Assembly: GCA_037189525.1 (NCBI GenBank)
Contig: JBBCJC010000005.1
Span: 896,001 to 960,000, forward strand
Origin: Gemmatimonadales bacterium
GTDB lineage: Bacteria; Gemmatimonadota; Gemmatimonadetes; Gemmatimonadales; GWC2-71-9
DNA length: 64,000 nt
Reading direction: 5' to 3'
Part shown: positions 1-9,665 of the stretch, piece after piece
How the letters are laid out: the number at the start of each line of letters is the position of its first letter
Position numbering within the stretch: position 1 is the stretch's first letter
Notes under the pieces: generated by a model
Database searches by the model: none
Told to the model about the DNA's origin: nothing
What the model saw: the letters and a program-made list of their open reading frames with translations, nothing else
Translations under genes and position numbers: made by a program

Positions 1-873
1 CGTGAGGCTGACCCCGCACATCAGCCAGCTGTCGGTACAAAGGGTGACCGGAATGCCCAGGTCGAGATAGCGGCGTACCGGATGCGCCGCGGCGCTCGGC
101 ACGACCCGGGTCTGCAGATTGCTGGTCAGGTTGATCTCGATCGGAATCCGTTCTGCCGCGACCCGCGCTTCGAGCGCCGGGTTCTGATAGAGACGGGTGC
201 CGTGCCCCAGTCGCTCCGCATGACACCGGTCGATCGCTTCCGCGATGGACTCGGGCCCTGCCGCTTCTCCGGCGTGAATGGTAATGGCCAGGCCGCCTGC
301 CCGGGCGATATCGAACGCGCGGACGTGGACGCCAGGCATCCGGCCCGCTTCGTCGCCGGCCAGATCGAAGGCGACGACCCCGTGCGTCTGCATCCGGACC
401 GAATGCTCCGCAATCGCTACCGACACCTCGGGCGCGTAGTGCCGCAGCGAGCAGTTGATGATCCCAACCGCGACACCGAAATCGGCGCGCCCCTGACTCA
501 GGCCGCGCCACTCTGCCTCGATGACCTGATCCATCGATAGGCCGACTTTGGTGCTCAGGTGCGGACAGTACCGCACTTCCAGATAGCGCAGATTGTCACG
601 CGCGGCGTCCTCGACCATCTCATAGGCCACCCGTTCGATGGCCTCGGGCGTCTGCAGCAGCGGGATGGTCAGATCGAACCGGTGGAGAAAGTCGGCCAGG
701 TTGGTGGCGTCATCGACCACCATGAAGCGCCGCAGCGCGTCCGGATCGGTCGTGGGCAGCGTCAGGCCCCGTTCGGCCGCCAGGTCGATCATCGTTTCGG
801 CCCGGAGCGAGCCGTCGAGGTGTACGTGAAGCTCCGCCTTGGGCAGTCGGGCGATCAGCTCCCGTGTGATCAT
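1..873 (-). CDS. add: Adenosine deaminase family protein (3' end runs off the window)
   Basis: Not in the ORF track; translated manually from the ATG at 873: MITRELIARLPKAELHVHLDGSLR..., later ITIHAGE, RLGHG, EINLTSN and VTLCTDS. These are ADA metal and catalytic motifs. The start overlaps the upstream stop (ATGA). Confidence 0.92.
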   Translation of the reverse strand, partial: MITRELIARLPKAELHVHLDGSLRAETMIDLAAERGLTLPTTDPDALRRFMVVDDATNLADFLHRFDLTIPLLQTPEAIERVAYEMVEDAARDNLRYLEVRYCPHLSTKVGLSMDQVIEAEWRGLSQGRADFGVAVGIINCSLRHYAPEVSVAIAEHSVRMQTHGVVAFDLAGDEAGRMPGVHVRAFDIARAGGLAITIHAGEAAGPESIAEAIDRCHAERLGHGTRLYQNPALEARVAAERIPIEINLTSNLQTRVVPSAAAHPVRRYLDLGIPVTLCTDSWLMCGVSLT

Positions 874-1109
874 TCGTTCGACGCCGCCTCCGGGAGGTCG
901 CGCGCGGCGCTCACGATGACCCGCAGGATGTCGCCGGCCGCGAGCGATTCGGACGGATCGCGCCGAATCCCGCGGCCATCGGTCAGATAGGCTCGGCCCG
1001 CCTCGGCCGCTTCGGCATAGCGCGCGTCCGCCTGCGCGGCTGCCGCGCCCGCCGTCGTGCCGGGCTCGACGTACAGGGTACTGCCATTCACAAAAACAGG
1101 AATCGTCAC
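870..1109 (-). CDS. Small hypothetical protein, possible beta-grasp/ThiS-MoaD-like fold without C-terminal GG
   Basis: GTG at 1109 overlaps the nucleotidase stop (GTGA) and its own stop overlaps the add ATG. Pattern IPVFVNG...VEPGTT...LAAGDILRVI resembles ThiS/ubiquitin-like proteins. Confidence 0.65.
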   Translation of the reverse strand: MTIPVFVNGSTLYVEPGTTAGAAAAQADARYAEAAEAGRAYLTDGRGIRRDPSESLAAGDILRVIVSAARDLPEAASNE

Positions 1110-2608
1110 CGTTTCACCGGAATCCATCGTTTGTCGGCCGGGCCGTGGACCGGACCGGACTGCTGCTCGAACCAGGTCACCAGCGCATCGAGCGACCCGG
1201 TCTCCGTGACCTCGTGCTCGAGCCCCGCGAACATGGTGTACCCGCTGCCACCCCCGAACAGGAAATCCGACACGGCCAGCGTGTAGGTCCGGTCGGGCCG
1301 GACCAGCGCCCCGGCGGTGGTGCGAATCTCGACGACACGGCGTCCCCGGGGACGACGCGCATCGTAGCGCACCCGGATGCCTGACAGGTGCGCATCGGGC
1401 CGGCCATCCTCCAGCGCGTGCTCCACCATCCGGCGAATCACCGCGCCGCTGGCCCGCACCCGCAGCAGCATGTTGCCGAAGGGCTGCAGCTCGAAGAGGT
1501 CGCCATAGGTGACCGGACCGGCCAGGAGCGGCCGGCGAATCCCGCCGTTATTCATCACGGCAATCTCGGCGCCAACCGCGTCCCGCTGCGCATCGGCAAT
1601 CAGGTTGCCGAGCGTGTACTCGACCCCGCGCGCGGTGGTCAGCGGCGCCGCCAGGTTGGCAACCACCCGGCGAGCCATCGGTCCCGTCAGGGCATCGTAC
1701 CGGGCCACCAGTTCGGCGGCGGCGGAATCGGGCCGCACCGCATCGGCGTAGACCGTTTCCACCCGAATGGTCCAGCGCCGCGCGCCGTCCGGCGCCTGCA
1801 CCAGATCAACGACGCCGACGGCCGTGCCGTTGGCCCGGGCCGACACGATCGGAACGCCGCGCTGGAGGGTGTTGATCAGCGTATGGGTATGGCCAGCCAC
1901 GATCACATCGAATGCGGTCGAGTCGTACTGCCTGGCAAGCGAGACGATTTCGCCGGCGCAGGCCAGCGAATCGCAGAACGCACCTTCGTGCGCCACCAGG
2001 ACGGTGAAATCGGGCCGAGCGGCTTTGACGGCCGCCAGCGCATCGGCAATCGCGTCCGGCGCCTCCCGAAACTCCAGTCCGCGCACGTGGCGCTCCATCA
2101 CGATCGACTTGGTGACGGCCGTGAGGTAGCCGACCACCCCGATGCGATAGGGCCCCTTCTCGATGATCGCATAGGGACGGGCCCATTCGGGCCGAGACCC
2201 GGTCGCCGAATCGAAAACGTTGGCCGCAAGCCAGGGATATCGGGCCTCGCGCACCCGCGCCGCGAGCGTATCGGGACCCCAGTCGAGTTCATGGTTGCCG
2301 AGCGAGGCCGCGTCCAGTCCCAGCAGGTTCATCGCCTCGACCACCGACCGGCCGTACATCAGGTTGGAGCCGAGGGTGCCCTGCATCTGGTCGCCGGCAT
2401 CGAAACGGAGCGTCGTGCAGCGGCAATCGGCCTCCAGGCTGTCCATGAAGCCTTTGACTGCCGCGAGCCCACCGATCGGCCGCCCGTTCGACCAGGGCAG
2501 CACCCGGGGTTGGAGCGCACCGTGGAAGTCGTTGATGGTCAGCACTCTGAGCACCACGGAATCGGCAGGCGCGGCCGCCAGGGCTGCGGCCAGGAGGAGG
2601 GTCAGCAT
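1106..2608 (-). CDS. Secreted bifunctional metallophosphatase / 5'-nucleotidase
   Basis: Signal peptide MLTLLLAAALAAAPA; motifs NDFHG, DAGD, GNHE and GHTH; C-terminal NNGGIR...LQPFGN 5'-nucleotidase domain. Start moved to the ATG at 2608. Confidence 0.93.
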   Translation of the reverse strand: MLTLLLAAALAAAPADSVVLRVLTINDFHGALQPRVLPWSNGRPIGGLAAVKGFMDSLEADCRCTTLRFDAGDQMQGTLGSNLMYGRSVVEAMNLLGLDAASLGNHELDWGPDTLAARVREARYPWLAANVFDSATGSRPEWARPYAIIEKGPYRIGVVGYLTAVTKSIVMERHVRGLEFREAPDAIADALAAVKAARPDFTVLVAHEGAFCDSLACAGEIVSLARQYDSTAFDVIVAGHTHTLINTLQRGVPIVSARANGTAVGVVDLVQAPDGARRWTIRVETVYADAVRPDSAAAELVARYDALTGPMARRVVANLAAPLTTARGVEYTLGNLIADAQRDAVGAEIAVMNNGGIRRPLLAGPVTYGDLFELQPFGNMLLRVRASGAVIRRMVEHALEDGRPDAHLSGIRVRYDARRPRGRRVVEIRTTAGALVRPDRTYTLAVSDFLFGGGSGYTMFAGLEHEVTETGSLDALVTWFEQQSGPVHGPADKRWIPVKR

Positions 2609-2651
2609 GGCCACAAAACATAGACGCAGCGGCCGGTCATGGCGAGACAGC

Positions 2652-2667
2652 GTCACAGTCCTGTCAC
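2652..2667. promoter_or_regulatory. Pho-box-like direct repeat (GTCAC at 2652 and 2663)
   Basis: GTCACAGTCCTGTCAC: two GTCAC half-sites 11 bp apart in the divergent intergenic region next to phoBR; resembles CTGTCAT-N4-CTGTCAC. Confidence 0.7.
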
Positions 2668-2695
2668 ATGCCTTGTAGGCGGGGGTGGCGGCTCC

Positions 2696-2717
2696 CATAT
2701 TCGTTGGGACGCATATG
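2696..2717. promoter_or_regulatory. ArsR-type operator (inverted repeat overlapping the arsR start)
   Basis: CATATTCG-ttggga-CGCATATG, a 7/8 inverted repeat that includes the ATG at 2715. Confidence 0.6.
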
Positions 2718-3071
2718 AGCACCCAGCCATCTTCGGCCGACCTGCTGGCCACCGTCGCCGAGCCGACCCGGCTCCGAATCCTGAACTGCCTCGCGGCGGC
2801 ACCGCTCTTCGTCTCCGACCTCCAGGACGTCCTCGACCTGCCGCAGCCGACGGTTTCGCGCCACCTGACGGTGCTCAAACGCGCCGACCTGGTGCGCGAC
2901 ACCTCGGTGGCGCCGTTCGTCCTCTATCGGCTGAGCCGAGAGACCGGAGTGATGGGGCGCTTGATGCGAACCATTCTTGATACCGTCGCGACCGAGAGCG
3001 ATTTCCGGCGCGAACGAGACCTGGCTCTGGAACGGAGCCGCAGCCGAGGAAAGAAGTCTACGAAGCGATGA
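2715..3071 (+). CDS. ArsR/SmtB family transcriptional regulator
   Basis: AEPTRLRIL...LPQPTVSRHLTVLKRADLV wHTH motif; stop overlaps the phoB ATG. Confidence 0.9.
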   Translation: MSTQPSSADLLATVAEPTRLRILNCLAAAPLFVSDLQDVLDLPQPTVSRHLTVLKRADLVRDTSVAPFVLYRLSRETGVMGRLMRTILDTVATESDFRRERDLALERSRSRGKKSTKR

Positions 3072-3772
3072 GCCATCGCATTCTCGTCGTCGACGACGAA
3101 CCGGATATCACCGCCCTGGTCGCCTACCACCTGGCCAAAGCCGGCTATCGGGTGTCGACCGCATCGAACGGAACCGACGCGCTCCGCGCCGCAGCCGAGC
3201 AGCGCCCGGATGTCATCGTACTCGACCTGATGCTCCCGGGCCTGTCCGGCCTGGATGTCCTGCAGGCCCTCCGCAAACAGGACGAAACCCGCGACGTGGG
3301 CGTCATCCTGCTGACGGCACGGCGCGAAGAAGCCGACCGGATCCGGGGTCTCTCGCTCGGTGCGGATGATTATCTCACCAAGCCGTTTTCTCCCAATGAA
3401 CTGACCCTGCGCGTGGCCGCGATCATCAGGCGGCTCGCCGCGCCCGCCGTCGCCGGCGGCTCGCAGGTTTCGGCCGGCCCGCTCGCCATCGATCGGTCGG
3501 CCCACCGGGTCACTGTCGACGGCGAGGACCTCCAGCTCACGGCCACCGAGTACAAGCTGCTGGTCACGCTGCTCGAGCGGCGCGGGCGGGTCCAGACACG
3601 CCCGCAACTGCTAGAAGCTGTGTGGGATGCGCAGCCCGATATCCAGACCCGCACCGTCGACATGCACGTCCAGCGCCTCCGCACCAAGCTGGGTTCCGCC
3701 GGTGACCTGATCGAAACCGTCCGCGGCTTCGGGTACCGGTTCACCGCCCCCGAGAAAGCCCGCGCCCGGTGA
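3068..3772 (+). CDS. phoB: Phosphate regulon response regulator (OmpR family)
   Basis: REC domain (VVDDE, LDLMLP, KPF) plus wHTH (RTVDMHVQRLR, ETVRGFGY); sits upstream of the pst operon. Confidence 0.9.
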   Translation: MSHRILVVDDEPDITALVAYHLAKAGYRVSTASNGTDALRAAAEQRPDVIVLDLMLPGLSGLDVLQALRKQDETRDVGVILLTARREEADRIRGLSLGADDYLTKPFSPNELTLRVAAIIRRLAAPAVAGGSQVSAGPLAIDRSAHRVTVDGEDLQLTATEYKLLVTLLERRGRVQTRPQLLEAVWDAQPDIQTRTVDMHVQRLRTKLGSAGDLIETVRGFGYRFTAPEKARAR

Positions 3773-5511
3773 CGTACGCCGGCCGGGTTACGACCGGCAC
3801 ACTCCTCGTGCTGGTCGCCACCGTCGTGGCGCTGATCGGCGCCGTCGAGCATTCCGTCAGGCGCGACCTGGAGCGCGACACGCGGGTCGACCTGGAGCGC
3901 GAGGCGGCGCTGGCCGCCATGGCCCTGCCGGACGATTCGCTTGCCTGGCAGCAGACGGTCGAAGAAGCCTCCCGGCGAACCGGCCTCCGCGTCAGCGTCG
4001 TCGATCAGACCGGCCGGGTTCGCGCCGAGTCGGAAATCACCGCGGCCGAGCTCGACCGGATCGAGAACCACCTCAATCGCCCGGAAATCGTGGCAGCGCT
4101 TGGTGGGCAACCGAGCGCCGACCGCCGGCCCAGCGCGACGGTGGGGGTTCCCTACATGTACGTGGCGATTCCGGGCGGCCCCGGCGCGGTGCGTGTGGCC
4201 GTCAGCCTGGAGCAGGTCGATCGGGTAGTGCGCGCGGCGCAGCGCCCGATCCTGATCGCGGGGTTGATCGCGCTCCTGCTGGGGCTCCCGCTTGCGTACC
4301 TGGCGGCCAGGCGCGTGGTACGGCCCCTGGCCGACATCGCGACGGCCGCTCGCCGGATTGCGTCCGGAGAGTCGCCGGAGTTTCCCTATGCCGGCATTCC
4401 GGACATCGACCGCCTGACCGCCGATCTGCACGCCATGCACGATCAGCTGGCGGAGCGCTTCGAGAACCTCCGGCGCAAACAATCGGAAACGGCCGCCATC
4501 GTCGATTCGATGGTCGAGGGCGTCCTCTCCTCGGATGCCAAGGGCCGGATCATCACCGCCAATCCCGCGGCCCGGCGCCTGCTCGGCTTCCGCGACGCCG
4601 AGGCGTTGCCTGAGCTGCCGCTCATCTTTCGCACCAAGGATGCGCGCGACCTGATCGACCGCGTTCTCGAGGGAACCTCGATTGCCGACCGCGAGATTGC
4701 CTGGGGCGATCGGACCTATCTCATGAACGCCCGGCCGCTCCCCACCGGGGGCGCCGTGGTGGTGCTGCACGATCTGACGCACCTCAAGCGGCTCGAAGCG
4801 GTGCGGCGGGATTTTGTCGCCAATGTCTCTCATGAACTCAAGACGCCGCTGACGGCCATCTCCGGCTACGCAGAGACCCTGCTGGCCGACGACACGGATG
4901 CGGACACGACGCGACGGTTCCTGGACACCATTCTCTCCAACGCCCGGCGGATGCAGCGGCTGGTCGACGACCAACTCGATCTCTCCCGGATCGAATCGGG
5001 GGCGTGGACGGCGGCCAACGAGCAGGTCGCCATCGAACCGACGGCCGCCGATGCCTGGGCAGTCGCCGCGTCCGCCTCGAGCAATGCGCCGTCGTTCACC
5101 GTCGACCTGGCCGACGACAGCCAGTTCGTCCCCGGCGACCCCGATGCCCTCCGGCAGATTTTCCGGAACCTGCTCGAGAACGCCATCCGCTACACTCCGA
5201 AGGATGGATCCGTCACCGTCCGGGCCGTGCGCGAGGGCGCCGGGGTCCGGATCTCGGTCTCCGATACCGGCAGCGGGATCCCGTCCGATCACGTGCCGCG
5301 GATTTTCGAGCGCTTCTATCGGGTCGACCCCAGCCGCGCCCGAGCTCAGGGCGGCACCGGGCTCGGCCTGGCCATCGTCAAGCACCTGGTCGAGAATCAC
5401 GGCGGCCGGATCTGGGCCGAAAGCGCCCTCGGCCGCGGTACGACGATTCATATCTGGTGGCCGACCCGCCTTCCCTTTGACTCCACCACGCCCCTGCCCC
5501 ACGTTACCTGA
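3769..5511 (+). CDS. phoR: Phosphate regulon sensor histidine kinase
   Basis: Two TMs, HAMP, PAS, FVANVSHELKTPLT H-box, and N/G1/F/G2 boxes (FERFYRVD, GGTGLGL). Confidence 0.9.
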   Translation: MTYAGRVTTGTLLVLVATVVALIGAVEHSVRRDLERDTRVDLEREAALAAMALPDDSLAWQQTVEEASRRTGLRVSVVDQTGRVRAESEITAAELDRIENHLNRPEIVAALGGQPSADRRPSATVGVPYMYVAIPGGPGAVRVAVSLEQVDRVVRAAQRPILIAGLIALLLGLPLAYLAARRVVRPLADIATAARRIASGESPEFPYAGIPDIDRLTADLHAMHDQLAERFENLRRKQSETAAIVDSMVEGVLSSDAKGRIITANPAARRLLGFRDAEALPELPLIFRTKDARDLIDRVLEGTSIADREIAWGDRTYLMNARPLPTGGAVVVLHDLTHLKRLEAVRRDFVANVSHELKTPLTAISGYAETLLADDTDADTTRRFLDTILSNARRMQRLVDDQLDLSRIESGAWTAANEQVAIEPTAADAWAVAASASSNAPSFTVDLADDSQFVPGDPDALRQIFRNLLENAIRYTPKDGSVTVRAVREGAGVRISVSDTGSGIPSDHVPRIFERFYRVDPSRARAQGGTGLGLAIVKHLVENHGGRIWAESALGRGTTIHIWWPTRLPFDSTTPLPHVT

Positions 5512-5571
5512 ACGTGACGATTCGTTGATGTTTCGGTGACGGAGTCGTCGGAGATTTTACGGTTTCGTTAC
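5503..5571. promoter_or_regulatory. Array of Pho-box-like half-sites upstream of the porin
   Basis: GTTAC 5503, GTGAC 5514, TTGAT 5525 and GTGAC 5536 (11-bp period), then TTTAC 5556 and GTTAC 5567. Confidence 0.65.
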
Positions 5572-5595
5572 TTCTGACTACTACAGCGGGCACTC

Positions 5596-6696
5596 GTGAC
5601 GTCGACTTCGAAGCGGATTTTACTCGGCGCAGTCCTGGCGGCGGGGGTGACGACCGGAGTGTCGGCGCAGCGATACCCAGCCATCGTTCTGAACGGGCGC
5701 CTACAAACCCAGGGATACGCCTTTTCCGACGACAATCCGGGAGCCTCGAGCAACTTTTTCGTCCGTCGAGCGCGAATCCAAGTCGACGCCAACATCACCG
5801 ATCGCATTAGCCTGGTCATCCAGCCCTCGTTCGAGGGCGGCCGGCCCGGTGGCGTCCGACTCCGCGAGGCCTTCGTCGATCTTCGGCTGACCCGGCCGGA
5901 GTCCAAGACCGGACTCTTCATCCGCACCGGTGGTGAAAAGGTCCCGTTCGGACGATACGAGTTGCTCTCGTCCAACAATCTCCCATCGATCGACCGGAAC
6001 GCGGGACGAGGTCTGGCCCCCACAGGCTCCAACAACCTTTTCGAAACGGCCGGGTTCATCCAGACCGATCTCGGCGCCTCACTCCGACTGGTCCATTCGA
6101 TCGGAACCGGACAGGCTCTCTCGATCAAAGCCGGGATCTACAACGGCGAAGGCGAGAGCCTGAACGACGTCAACGACGCCAAGTCCTTCGGCATCCGCGC
6201 CACCGCGGACCTGACCCGGAAACTCGGCGTGGGCTTCGGATGGTATTCCCACGACGGCGTCGTCACGGTGTCACCCGGAACCACGGACAGCGCCTTCCGG
6301 AACCGGGCCATCGGCCTCGATGCCCAGTGGGGCAAGCCCGGAGACCGGGGACTCTTTGCGGTGGTCGACTATATGTCCGGTGAGGATGATTCGCCCGACC
6401 GGCATCGGTTGCGGGGCTTTTCAGCCGTAACGGCCTATCACGTCCGCTTGGCGACGGGCGGGAGCGTCTATGCGGTCGAACCGGCCCTCCGGTTCGACTG
6501 GGCCGATCCGAACGCCGATGCCTCCCGCGACGGCTCCATCCTCCTCTCGGCCGGGGTCAATCTCTATTTGACGCCACGGGCCCAAATCCGACTGATGTTC
6601 GAACGCCAGAACCCGGAGGCGCCCGGCGCACCGACCATTTCAGGTCTTCGGGGCGCCATGACGATCAATTTTGAAACACCGCCGTTCACCCCGTAG
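5596..6696 (+). CDS. Phosphate-selective porin (OprO/OprP-like)
   Basis: Signal peptide, LNGRLQ...FFVRRARI motif and beta-barrel-like pattern; lies between phoR and pstS. Confidence 0.8.
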   Translation: MTSTSKRILLGAVLAAGVTTGVSAQRYPAIVLNGRLQTQGYAFSDDNPGASSNFFVRRARIQVDANITDRISLVIQPSFEGGRPGGVRLREAFVDLRLTRPESKTGLFIRTGGEKVPFGRYELLSSNNLPSIDRNAGRGLAPTGSNNLFETAGFIQTDLGASLRLVHSIGTGQALSIKAGIYNGEGESLNDVNDAKSFGIRATADLTRKLGVGFGWYSHDGVVTVSPGTTDSAFRNRAIGLDAQWGKPGDRGLFAVVDYMSGEDDSPDRHRLRGFSAVTAYHVRLATGGSVYAVEPALRFDWADPNADASRDGSILLSAGVNLYLTPRAQIRLMFERQNPEAPGAPTISGLRGAMTINFETPPFTP

Positions 6697-6721
6697 CAAT
6701 CCCCCAGCCAGATACCCTCTG

Positions 6722-6748
6722 TTGACGTGTTTGTGATCTGATTGTGAC
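6722..6748. promoter_or_regulatory. Pho-box-like triple repeat upstream of pstS
   Basis: TTGAC 6722, GTGAT 6733 and GTGAC 6744 at 11-bp spacing. Confidence 0.65.
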
Positions 6749-6799
6749 CGAGCGCTGGTTAGTTGAAGTGCGGTTTGACTGACCTCGAGCAAGGAGCAC

Positions 6800-7849
6800 A
6801 TGGTGAGGATCGATCGCACGGCAGCGCTGCTCAGCCTGGGAATCGCGTTTGGTGCAGCGGGACCTGCCCAGTGTCAGGCCAATCTGAACGGCGCGGGCGC
6901 CACCTTTCCGAACCCCGTCTACACCCGCTGGTTTCAGGCGTATGCCCAGAAGACCGGCGTCAAGATCAACTACCAATCGATCGGATCGGGCGGCGGCGTC
7001 CGGCAGTTTACGCAAGGTACGATCGACTTCGGTGCGACCGACGGACCGATGACGGATGAGCAGATCGCGGCGGTCAAGGGTAACGTCGCGCACCTGCCGA
7101 CCGTTCTCGGCGCCGTCGTGCTCACCTACAACCTGCCCGGCCTGGGCGCCACGCCGCTCAAGCTCGATGCCCCGACCATCGCCGACATCTTCCTCGGCAA
7201 GATCGCCAAGTGGAACGATCCGCGGATCGCGACGCTCAATCCGGGGATCAAGCTCCCGAACGAAGACCTGATCGTGGTCCATCGCTCGGACGGCTCGGGC
7301 ACGACCTATGTCTTTACCGACTATCTCGCGAAGGTGTCTCCCGACTGGAGGTCTCGCGTCGGCACCTCGACCGCGGTCAACTGGCCGAAGGGTCTGGGCG
7401 GGCGCGGCAACGAAGGGGTGACCCAGCAGGTCAAGCAGCTGCCGGGCGCCATCGGCTACGTCGAACTGGTGTACGCGATGGCCAACAAGCTGCCCCACGC
7501 AATCATCAAGAACAACGCCGGGCAGTTCGTCGATGCGACGCTCGAGTCGGTCACCGCGGCGGCCGCGAGCGCGGCGCTCGCCAAGACCACCGACTTCCGG
7601 GTCTCGATTACCGACCCGAAGGCGGCGACCGCCTACCCGATCGCGTCGTTCACCTGGCTGCTGGTGCATGTCGACAACGCCAACCCGACCAAGGCCAAGC
7701 TGCTTCGCGACTTCACGACCTGGATGCTGACGCCCGAAGCGCAGGGCATGGCCAAGGCGCTCGGCTACGCCCCGCTGCCGGCCGATGTCGTCACGCTGGT
7801 TCGTGAGCGTCTCAAGACTCTCAAGGCCGGCGGCAAGGCCATCGCGTGA
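6800..7849 (+). CDS. pstS: Phosphate ABC transporter substrate-binding protein
   Basis: GAGATFP, YQSIGSGGG, DFGATD, RSDGSGTT and YPIASFTW motifs; AAGGAG RBS. Confidence 0.97.
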   Translation: MVRIDRTAALLSLGIAFGAAGPAQCQANLNGAGATFPNPVYTRWFQAYAQKTGVKINYQSIGSGGGVRQFTQGTIDFGATDGPMTDEQIAAVKGNVAHLPTVLGAVVLTYNLPGLGATPLKLDAPTIADIFLGKIAKWNDPRIATLNPGIKLPNEDLIVVHRSDGSGTTYVFTDYLAKVSPDWRSRVGTSTAVNWPKGLGGRGNEGVTQQVKQLPGAIGYVELVYAMANKLPHAIIKNNAGQFVDATLESVTAAAASAALAKTTDFRVSITDPKAATAYPIASFTWLLVHVDNANPTKAKLLRDFTTWMLTPEAQGMAKALGYAPLPADVVTLVRERLKTLKAGGKAIA

Positions 7850-8826
7850 CCATCGGCTCGGACGGCACTCCGGCAGCGCCTGCGGCGACCGGAGTGCCCC
7901 TCGAGGGGCGAAACATCGGGGATACGATTTACCGCGGCGTTCTGACCGCGGCCGCGATAGCCATCCCCACCCTGCTGATGTTCCTGGTCTACGAATTGTG
8001 GATCGGTGCCGAGCTGGCGATCAACCGCTACGGCTTCGACTTCATCACCGGGACGACCTGGGACCCGGTGGCTGAGGAGTTCGGTGCCTTCCCGCTGATC
8101 GTCGGGACACTGGTCTCGGCGGCGCTCGCGCTCACCATCGCGGTCCCGCTCTCGCTCGGGGTCGCGATCTACCTGACGGAGTTCAGCCCGAGTTGGCTCC
8201 GGCAGCCGGTCTCCTTCGTGATCGAACTCCTGGCCGCGATTCCGAGCGTGGTGTACGGTCTCTGGGGCATCTTCGTCCTGATCCCCTTTCTGCGCACGAG
8301 CGTCTTCCCGTTCCTTCGCGACACCCTGGGTTTCCTGCCGTTCTTCCAGGGACCGATCTACGGCAACTCGATGCTCGCGGCCGGGATCATCCTCGCCATC
8401 ATGGTGATGCCCTACATCATGTCGGTGTCGCGCGAAGTGCTGATGGCGGTGCCTTCCAGCCAGCGCGAAGCGGCGCTCGGACTGGGCGCCACCCGCTGGG
8501 AGGCGGCGTGGACCGCCGTGGTGCCGTACGCCCGCTCCGGCATCATCGGCGCGGTGATTCTCGGCCTGGGACGCGCGCTCGGCGAAACGATGGCGGTCAC
8601 GATGCTGATCGGCAACCGGCACGAGATCGTCGCTTCGCTCTTCGCACCGGGGTATACCATGGCGGCAGTCATCGCCAATGAGTTCAGCGAAGCCTCGACC
8701 GACCTGCACTTCTCGGCGCTGACCTACGTCGCGTTCACATTGTTCCTCGTGACCGTTCTGGTCAACGCCGGCGCGCGACTGCTCATCTGGCGCGTTTCCC
8801 GCGGCGCCGGCGGCAGCTCCGCATGA
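7846..8826 (+). CDS. pstC: Phosphate ABC transporter permease
   Basis: ELLAAIPSVVYGLWG, REAALGLGATRWE and RALGETMAV motifs. Confidence 0.96.
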   Translation: MTIGSDGTPAAPAATGVPLEGRNIGDTIYRGVLTAAAIAIPTLLMFLVYELWIGAELAINRYGFDFITGTTWDPVAEEFGAFPLIVGTLVSAALALTIAVPLSLGVAIYLTEFSPSWLRQPVSFVIELLAAIPSVVYGLWGIFVLIPFLRTSVFPFLRDTLGFLPFFQGPIYGNSMLAAGIILAIMVMPYIMSVSREVLMAVPSSQREAALGLGATRWEAAWTAVVPYARSGIIGAVILGLGRALGETMAVTMLIGNRHEIVASLFAPGYTMAAVIANEFSEASTDLHFSALTYVAFTLFLVTVLVNAGARLLIWRVSRGAGGSSA

Positions 8827-9665
8827 ACCGGCTGATCTGGCGCCGCTGGAAGAGCCGGCTGATGGTCGGCGCGATGATGGGCGCCGTCGTGATTGCGGTC
8901 ACGCCGCTCATCCTGATTCTCGGCACCCTGTTCGCCAAGGGTGCCAGCAGCATCAATCTGGCGTTCTTCACTTCGCTGCCGGCGCCCCCCGGCGAAGCAG
9001 GTGGCGGCGTAGCGCATGCCATCGTCGGCACGCTCCTGATGGTAGCCACCGGCGCCCTGCTCGGCCTTCCGATCGGCGTCGGGGCCGGGATGTATTGCGC
9101 CGAGTATCCCCGAAGCCGGCTGGCAACGGTGAGCCGCTTCGTAGCCGACGTGATGAACGGCACCCCGTCGATCGTCGTGGGTGTCTTCATCTGGACGCTG
9201 ATCGTAGCCAAGCAGAAACACTTCTCCGGATTTGCGGGAAGTGCGGCGCTCGCGATGATCATGATTCCGATGGTGATGCGCACCACGGAAGAGATGATCA
9301 AACTGGTGCCGCATTCGCTCCGTGAAGCGGCGTTGGCGCTGGGGTATCCCTCCTGGCGAACCAGCCTCACGGTCGTGATTCGCACCTGCTTGCCGGGCAT
9401 CGTAACCGGCAGCCTCCTGGCCATTGCCCGGGTGGCCGGCGAAACGGCCCCGCTACTCTTCACCGCCCTCGGCAGTCAGTTCATGAACACCGATCTCGAC
9501 GAACCGATGGCGGCGCTCCCGCTCACCGTCTACACCTATGCAACCGGCCCCTACGAAGAGTGGCACCGGATTGCCTGGGCAACGGCGCTGGTCCTGATCC
9601 TCGTCGTCCTGATCCTGAGCCTGTTGGCGCGGCTCGCAACCCGGCAGCGATTCGATGTCCGATAA
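8823..9665 (+). CDS. pstA: Phosphate ABC transporter permease
   Basis: [15 protein letters not shown] and [10 protein letters not shown] motifs. Confidence 0.96.
   Translation: MNRLIWRRWKSRLMVGAMMGAVVIAVTPLILILGTLFAKGASSINLAFFTSLPAPPGEAGGGVAHAIVGTLLMVATGALLGLPIGVGAGMYCAEYPRSRLATVSRFVADVMNGTPSIVVGVFIWTLIVAKQKHFSGFAGSAALAMIMIPMVMRTTEEMIKLVPHSLREAALALGYPSWRTSLTVVIRTCLPGIVTGSLLAIARVAGETAPLLFTALGSQFMNTDLDEPMAALPLTVYTYATGPYEEWHRIAWATALVLILVVLILSLLARLATRQRFDVR

Noticed and set aside
3370..5502. 710-aa minus-strand ORF
   Set aside because: Antisense shadow of phoB/phoR, typical of high-GC codon bias; no motifs of its own.
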